Assembly (NCBI GenBank): GCA_963793235.1
Contig: CAWBZF010000003.1
Span: 275,493 to 339,492 of the forward strand
DNA from: an uncultured Gemmatimonadales bacterium
GTDB lineage: Bacteria; Gemmatimonadota; Gemmatimonadetes; Longimicrobiales; Longimicrobiaceae
Length of the DNA: 64,000 bases
Direction: 5' to 3'
The position numbers and the translations under genes were made by a program. Shown here piece by piece: positions 59,386-64,000 of the stretch; the stretch's first letter is position 1, and the number at the start of each line of letters is the position of its first letter. The notes beneath the pieces are model-generated. The model did no database searches. It had not been told where the DNA came from and was given only the letters and a program-made list of their open reading frames with translations.

Positions 59386-60317
59386 CGCTGCACCGCCGCT
59401 TCGAGAAGAGTGAGAGAGCCGGCGTCCGCATCCAGCCGTGCGCGCACCCCAAGCGGGAGCGTCCAGTTCTCGGCGATGTGGCCGAAAGGGAAGCCCGTGG
59501 CGACCGGTACGCCGAGATAGCCCAGGCGGTCCGCGATCACGCCGGCCGGTCCGGGAGTGAAGTCGTCGAACTCATCGGGACATTCGCTGAACGCGCCGAT
59601 CACCACGCCGGCCACCGCGTCCAGCACACCCGCCAGAAGCAGCTGCGAGAGCAGGCGGTCGATGCGGTACACCGGCTCTCCCACCTCCTCCAGGAAGAGG
59701 ATCGCGCCCTCGGCGCGGATGGCGTATGGCGTGCCGAGCGTCGCGGCGATCAGCGAGAGATTGCCCCCCACGAGCGGACCCTCCGCGCGGCCGCTGACGA
59801 GCGCGACGGGCTGCCTCGCCGCGCCGTCGCCCGACAGCGGGAGCGGAAGCGGACCCTCCGGGGCGGTGCCCGTGAGGGTGCCCATAAGGCCGTCGATGGC
59901 AAAGCGCGGCAGATCCTCCGCCGCCGGGTGCGGGCCGTGAAAGGAGATCACGCCCGCCCGCTGCGCAGCGAGGTGCAGCGCGGTGTTGTCGCTGAAGCCG
60001 ATAAGCGGCCGCGGCCTCTCACGGAGCGCCTCCCAGGGGAGACGATCCAGGATCCGCATGGTGCCGTAACCGCCACGGAGGCACCAGATCGCGTCGTTGT
60101 CCTCCGACAGCAGAGCGCGGCTGAAATCGGCGGCACGCTGTTCGTCGGTGCCGGAGAGGTAGCCGTGCCGCCCGCGAACGTGATCTCCGGCGAGCGGCAC
60201 CCAGCCCCACTGTTCCACTCGCACGAGCGCACGATCCACGGCGCCGGGCGCCAGGGGGCCCGCCGGAGCGACCAGCGACACTCGGGCTCCCGGTCGGAGC
60301 GCGCGCGGCCTGATCAT
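59382..60317 (-). CDS. ldcA: LD-carboxypeptidase (peptidase S66, muramoyltetrapeptide carboxypeptidase)
   Basis: S66 motifs (IWCLRGGYG, GFSDNTALH, GFPFGH). Start at 60317 with an ATGA overlap to the MFS stop. The upstream part of the 652-aa ORF is out of register with the real gene. Confidence 0.8.
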   Translation of the reverse strand: MIRPRALRPGARVSLVAPAGPLAPGAVDRALVRVEQWGWVPLAGDHVRGRHGYLSGTDEQRAADFSRALLSEDNDAIWCLRGGYGTMRILDRLPWEALRERPRPLIGFSDNTALHLAAQRAGVISFHGPHPAAEDLPRFAIDGLMGTLTGTAPEGPLPLPLSGDGAARQPVALVSGRAEGPLVGGNLSLIAATLGTPYAIRAEGAILFLEEVGEPVYRIDRLLSQLLLAGVLDAVAGVVIGAFSECPDEFDDFTPGPAGVIADRLGYLGVPVATGFPFGHIAENWTLPLGVRARLDADAGSLTLLEAAVQR

Positions 60318-61543
60318 CGGGCGGGCTCCGGAGCGGGGGCCGATGCAGGAGCCGGCGCGGTGCGCGCGATCACCAGCAGCGCCAGCGCCACCACCAGCGC
60401 TCCACCCACGTAGGGTGCACCGATGCTCACCCGCGCGAAGGCCAGCCCGCCCCAGAGGGGTCCGAGTACCCGCCCGAGCGCCGAGAGCGACTGAGAGACG
60501 CCGAGCAGCCGCCCCTGCTCGCCCGACGGCGCCGAGCGGGAGATCAGTGAGGAGATCGCCGGGATGGTGGTTCCCTGGCCGAAGGCGAGCAGCGCCAGCG
60601 CCGCTGCCAGCCAGGCGATGCTCGGAGCGGCGGGGATGGCGAACAGCCCCGCCGCCAGAGCCGCGGAACCCCACACCGCGAGGCGCCGCTCGCCCAGCCG
60701 GCGCACCAGAGGTCCCACCAGGACCCCCTGCACCACGGTGATCAGAACGCCGATGTAGGCGAACAGGTATGCCACCCCGCTGGGTGAGAACTCCCAGCGG
60801 CGGTCTGCCCAGAGCGAGAAGGTCGCTTCCAGCGCCGCGAAGGCGAACGTCAGCAGGAAGAAGACGCCGAACAGCGCCCCCACCCGCTCCCGAGCCGAAA
60901 AGTGCCGAAGCGCGCGGAAGCGGGCGCCCAGCCCGGGCTGGGCGACGGACGGTCGAGCCGCCACCGGGCGCGACTCGGGCAGCCAGCGCAGCGCCAGCAG
61001 GCCGTTGACCAGTGCCAGCGCACCGGCGGCAAGGAAGGGAACCGAGGGGCCGAAGTGCGCGAGCCCGCCACCGATGGCCGGGCCGAAGATGAAGCCGAGG
61101 CCGAACGCGGCACCGATCATCCCCATCCCCCGGGCACGATCCTCCGGAGCCGTTACGTCCGCGACGTAAGCCTGCGCGACTCCGATGTTCGCGCCCATGA
61201 AGCCGGCGAGCGCACGCGCCAGGAAGAGCACCGCGAGAGAACCGGCAAGGCCGAACGCCAGGTAGGAGAGCGCCGATCCGAACAGTCCCACCAGCAGAAC
61301 CGGCCGCCGCCCCACCCGGTCCGAGAGCTGCCCCCACCATGGGGCGAAGACGAACTGCATCAGCGAGTAGATCGCGACCAGCCAGACCACCGCCATGGCC
61401 GACGCACCGAACCGCTCCGCATACAGCGGGAGCAGCGGGATCACGATCCCGAAGCCGACCAGGTCCAGAAAGACGGTCAGGAAGAGGATGGTGAGAGGCG
61501 CGCGCGAGCCACCGCTCCCGCGAAGTCCTCCGGACCTCGGCAT
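60314..61543 (-). CDS. MFS transporter (12 TM)
   Basis: MFS motif A-like GQLSDRVGRRPVLL and 12 predicted TM segments. Start at MPRSGG. Confidence 0.85.
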   Translation of the reverse strand: MPRSGGLRGSGGSRAPLTILFLTVFLDLVGFGIVIPLLPLYAERFGASAMAVVWLVAIYSLMQFVFAPWWGQLSDRVGRRPVLLVGLFGSALSYLAFGLAGSLAVLFLARALAGFMGANIGVAQAYVADVTAPEDRARGMGMIGAAFGLGFIFGPAIGGGLAHFGPSVPFLAAGALALVNGLLALRWLPESRPVAARPSVAQPGLGARFRALRHFSARERVGALFGVFFLLTFAFAALEATFSLWADRRWEFSPSGVAYLFAYIGVLITVVQGVLVGPLVRRLGERRLAVWGSAALAAGLFAIPAAPSIAWLAAALALLAFGQGTTIPAISSLISRSAPSGEQGRLLGVSQSLSALGRVLGPLWGGLAFARVSIGAPYVGGALVVALALLVIARTAPAPASAPAPEPAR

Positions 61544-61878
61544 GCGCGAACCCGGTCCTCCCGTTCGTTCCGTTCTCTGTGCGATGGTAGCTGGCAACTT
61601 CTGGCGACGTATCGTGCGGCGTGCGGGACCGCTATTCCGGTAGACGATGCGAGCCAAGAAGATAACACCCGTCCGCCGCACTCGACAGCGGGGCCGGGGT
61701 CGCAAGCAAGCCATTCGTGTGCCTCACCCGTGAACACCCGCAACGCTGCTGCTCGGCGTGCGCCAACCCGGGACGGCAAGCCGATTCCTCGCGGCGAACG
61801 CAGTGAGGGCATATGATGTGCGACGAGGATCTGTCAGGCGCCGGCTGGCCAGCGATTCATCCACGCACAGGAGGACCG

Positions 61879-62328
61879 ATGCCGCACAACGGCACCAACG
61901 GCGAGCTCACCCAGCGCATCAACGAGCTGTACTGGGACAGCGACAGCACCGTGGGGGCGATCAGCAGGGACCTGGAGATCGGCCGAAACGCGCTCTACGC
62001 GGCCGTCGTTCCCATTCCCTCCGGCGCCATCTGCCTGGAGTGCGGCGAGGAAACCGTATACACCAATCGGACGAACCGCGCCGCCGGGAGCGCGGTATGT
62101 CGCGGGTGCGAGGATTCGGCGCTGGCGGACCGTACGGGTGCGGGCGCTGGAGCTACAGGACGGTCCGGCTCGGGAGCCTTCGACGAGGATTCCGAGCTGC
62201 AGCGCTGGGACCGCTGGCGAGAGGATCTCCGGTCCGTTCCTCCGCAGCGAGCGGCGATGATCGGTGGCGCGGCGGCGCTCGGGCTGGTGGTCGGCGCGGC
62301 GGCGGCTCGCGCGATCCGCAACGGGTAG
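61879..62328 (+). CDS. Zinc-ribbon protein with a C-terminal TM helix
   Basis: CLECGEETVYTNRTNRAAGSAVCRGC (C-x2-C ... C-x2-C). An AGGAGG SD lies 6 nt upstream of the ATG at 61879. Confidence 0.55.
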   Translation: MPHNGTNGELTQRINELYWDSDSTVGAISRDLEIGRNALYAAVVPIPSGAICLECGEETVYTNRTNRAAGSAVCRGCEDSALADRTGAGAGATGRSGSGAFDEDSELQRWDRWREDLRSVPPQRAAMIGGAAALGLVVGAAAARAIRNG

Positions 62329-62365
62329 CGACCGCTCGGCGGAGGAGGCACCGGTGGAGAACAGG

Positions 62366-62665
62366 ATGGACGCGCTCAGGAAGATGGTGGAAACGCGCCC
62401 GCGCGATGCGAGGGCGCGCTTCGGTCTTGCCCTGGAGCTGGAGCGGCTCGGCCGGTGGGAGGAGGTGGTCCAGGCGTTGACCGCCTACCTCGAGGTGGCG
62501 GACGACGAAGGCAACGCGTTCGGTCGCCTCGCCCGCGCTCTCCGTCGGCTGGGCCGTGACGAGGAAGCGCGCACAGCGTACCGGAGTGGCATCGCCGCCG
62601 CCGAGCGGCACGGTCACCCCACCATGGCGATGGAGTTCGAGGAGGAGCTGGAAGCGATCGATTGA
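62366..62665 (+). CDS. Small TPR-repeat protein
   Basis: TPR-like helices (ARARFGLALELERLGRWEEVVQALTAYLEV..., EEARTAYRSGIAAAERHGH). Confidence 0.6.
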   Translation: MDALRKMVETRPRDARARFGLALELERLGRWEEVVQALTAYLEVADDEGNAFGRLARALRRLGRDEEARTAYRSGIAAAERHGHPTMAMEFEEELEAID

Positions 62666-62693
62666 TGTTCCGGCCGCACCCCGCAGCCCGGCG

Positions 62694-63209
62694 TCACCTC
62701 CGCGTGCGGCGTCGCAGGCGCACGAGGGTCTCCAGCTCGAATGCGATCTCCTCCACGCCCCGGTCCCCCGCCGGAATCATCGCGTCGGCGCGCCGGTACA
62801 GCGGCTCGCGGTCCTCCAGCATGCGCGCGATCTTCTCCCGGGGATCGTCCATCTCCCTGAATGGCCGATCGATGGTGTCCTCGTGCAGACGTCGCACCGT
62901 TTCCTCGACGGTTACGCGGAGCCAGACCGAGAGCGTGTGGGTGCGGATCGACTCCAGCAGCTCCGGCTGCGTGATCCACCCGCCTCCGGGTGATATCACC
63001 AGCTCCGTCTCCCCCGCGATCTCCTCCGTGAGCGCCGCCTCCATGGCGCGCAGCGTCTCCTCTCCACGCTCCTCCACGATCCGGGCGATGGATACATCCT
63101 CGCGCCGCTCGATCTCGACGTCGAAATCCAGAAAGCGCCACTCCAGCCGACGCGCAAGCGATTCACCCACCGTGCTCTTCCCTGAGCACATGTAGCCGAG
63201 CAGGACCAC
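62694..63209 (-). CDS. aroK: Shikimate kinase
   Basis: [12 protein letters not shown] Walker A near the N-terminus and AroK-like downstream sequence. GTG start at 63209. The remainder of the 434-aa ORF is antisense to gyrA. Confidence 0.75.
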   Translation of the reverse strand: MVLLGYMCSGKSTVGESLARRLEWRFLDFDVEIERREDVSIARIVEERGEETLRAMEAALTEEIAGETELVISPGGGWITQPELLESIRTHTLSVWLRVTVEETVRRLHEDTIDRPFREMDDPREKIARMLEDREPLYRRADAMIPAGDRGVEEIAFELETLVRLRRRTRR

Positions 63210-63410
63210 CCGATCGATCCCACTCCCGTTTCGCCTGTCTTTGCCGGCTTGCCCCAAGGTGCGTCTCCGGTGGAAGTTGTCGCGATGCGTGCCTTGCGGC
63301 GACGCGTGGCGGAGTGCATGATGCGGGCCCGGGAGCGCCGCCGAAGATTTCCCGAAATCGGCGCCCGCGCCCGCGCGCCCCCTCCCCTTCCTCCCATCGC
63401 TAGGAGCGCA

Positions 63411-64000
63411 GTGGCAACGCAGAGAGATCGTGTGGTGATGCGGCACATCGAGGACGAGATGAAGCAGTCGTTCCTCGACTACTCGATGAGCGTGATCGTG
63501 CAGCGCGCACTCCCCGATGTGCGCGACGGCCTGAAGCCGGTGCACCGTCGCATCCTGTACAGCATGCACGAGAGCGGTCTCTCTCCGACCCGGCCGTTCA
63601 AGAAGAGCGCGACCGTCGTGGGCGACGTGCTGGGCAAGTACCACCCGCACGGCGACACGGCGGTCTACGACGCGATGGTCCGCATGGTCCAGGATTTCTC
63701 GCTGCGCTACCCGCTCGTGGACGGGCAGGGGAACTTCGGCTCGATCGATGGCGACAGCGCGGCGGCGTACCGCTACACCGAGTCTCGCCTCTCCAGCGTG
63801 GCGACGCTGATGCTGGCCGACATCGACCGCGACACGGTGGACTTCTCGCCGAACTTCGACGACCGGCTGATGGAGCCGCGGGTTCTGCCCTCCAGGCTCC
63901 CGAACCTGCTGGTCAACGGGAGCAGCGGCATCGCCGTGGGGATGAGCACCAACATCCCGCCCCACAACCTGCGAGAGATCGCGCGCGCCACCATCCATCT
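63411..64000 (+). CDS. gyrA: DNA gyrase subunit A, N-terminal part (continues beyond the window)
   Basis: [38 protein letters not shown] and the active-site region [14 protein letters not shown] start preceded by AGGAG. Confidence 0.85.
   Translation, partial: MATQRDRVVMRHIEDEMKQSFLDYSMSVIVQRALPDVRDGLKPVHRRILYSMHESGLSPTRPFKKSATVVGDVLGKYHPHGDTAVYDAMVRMVQDFSLRYPLVDGQGNFGSIDGDSAAAYRYTESRLSSVATLMLADIDRDTVDFSPNFDDRLMEPRVLPSRLPNLLVNGSSGIAVGMSTNIPPHNLREIARATIH

Noticed and set aside
60317-61340. The upstream 340 codons of the 652-aa ORF at 59382-61340
   Set aside because: Only the last 311 codons are LdcA. The upstream part overlaps the MFS transporter in another frame and is not protein-like.
63210-63998. 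The upstream part of the 434-aa minus-strand ORF
   Set aside because: Only the 3' 171 codons are shikimate kinase. The remainder is antisense to gyrA.

Overview
This is a high-GC (about 68-70%) bacterial chromosomal segment carrying about 60 genes, one complete rRNA operon and several repeat and regulatory elements. The rRNA operon runs 16S-23S-5S at 17041-22094, has no tRNA genes in its 16S-23S spacer, and sits between a TTGACG-N17-TATCAT promoter and a terminal hairpin.

Recognisable genes include:
- an M1 aminopeptidase and orotate phosphoribosyltransferase (pyrE)
- a TonB-dependent receptor with a poly-Leu/Pro signal peptide, followed by a DUF4249-like lipoprotein
- a SIMPL-domain protein, queE and a YgfZ-like folate-binding protein
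- a polysaccharide deacetylase, tatA, a hotdog thioesterase and a HI0933-type flavoprotein
- a cytochrome c and a cupredoxin
- ATP-dependent 6-phosphofructokinase (pfkA), a YhbY-type RNA-binding protein, two L,D-transpeptidase paralogues and a family-4 uracil-DNA glycosylase
- an NfeD-flotillin operon
- a caa3-type cytochrome oxidase operon (coxB with a fused cytochrome c domain, ctaD, ctaE, subunit IV and the assembly factor ctaG)
- Xaa-Pro aminopeptidase (pepP) and a class-III aminotransferase
- two tandem class A penicillin-binding proteins
- a CsaA-like tRNA-binding protein, a VOC-family protein, long-chain acyl-CoA ligase (fadD), a CGC bacilliredoxin and a PduO-type adenosyltransferase
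- LD-carboxypeptidase (ldcA), an MFS transporter, shikimate kinase (aroK) and the N-terminus of gyrA

The most interesting observations:
1. A MurU-like sugar-1-phosphate nucleotidyltransferase is preceded by an AmgK-like (aminoglycoside-phosphotransferase-fold) amino-sugar kinase carrying a C-terminal RapZ-type domain. I did not recognise this domain architecture.
2. A kaiB - kaiC - PAS histidine kinase cluster is present, but both kaiC and the kinase carry frameshifts and internal deletions, so the locus appears to be decaying.
3. There are gene remnants: a histone-deacetylase-family C-terminal fragment with an in-frame TAG right after queE, and a PPIase C-terminal fragment.
4. Several repeat families occur: a REP-like palindrome (GTCATCCTGAGCGA...), a GCGGATTTC x3 with inverted GAAATCCGCG element present in two copies, 47-bp and 21-bp tandem repeat arrays, an AT-rich heptamer repeat upstream of the cupredoxin gene, and a 9-bp coding repeat.

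Many long ORFs in the six-frame track are antisense artefacts of the high GC content and are not reported as genes.
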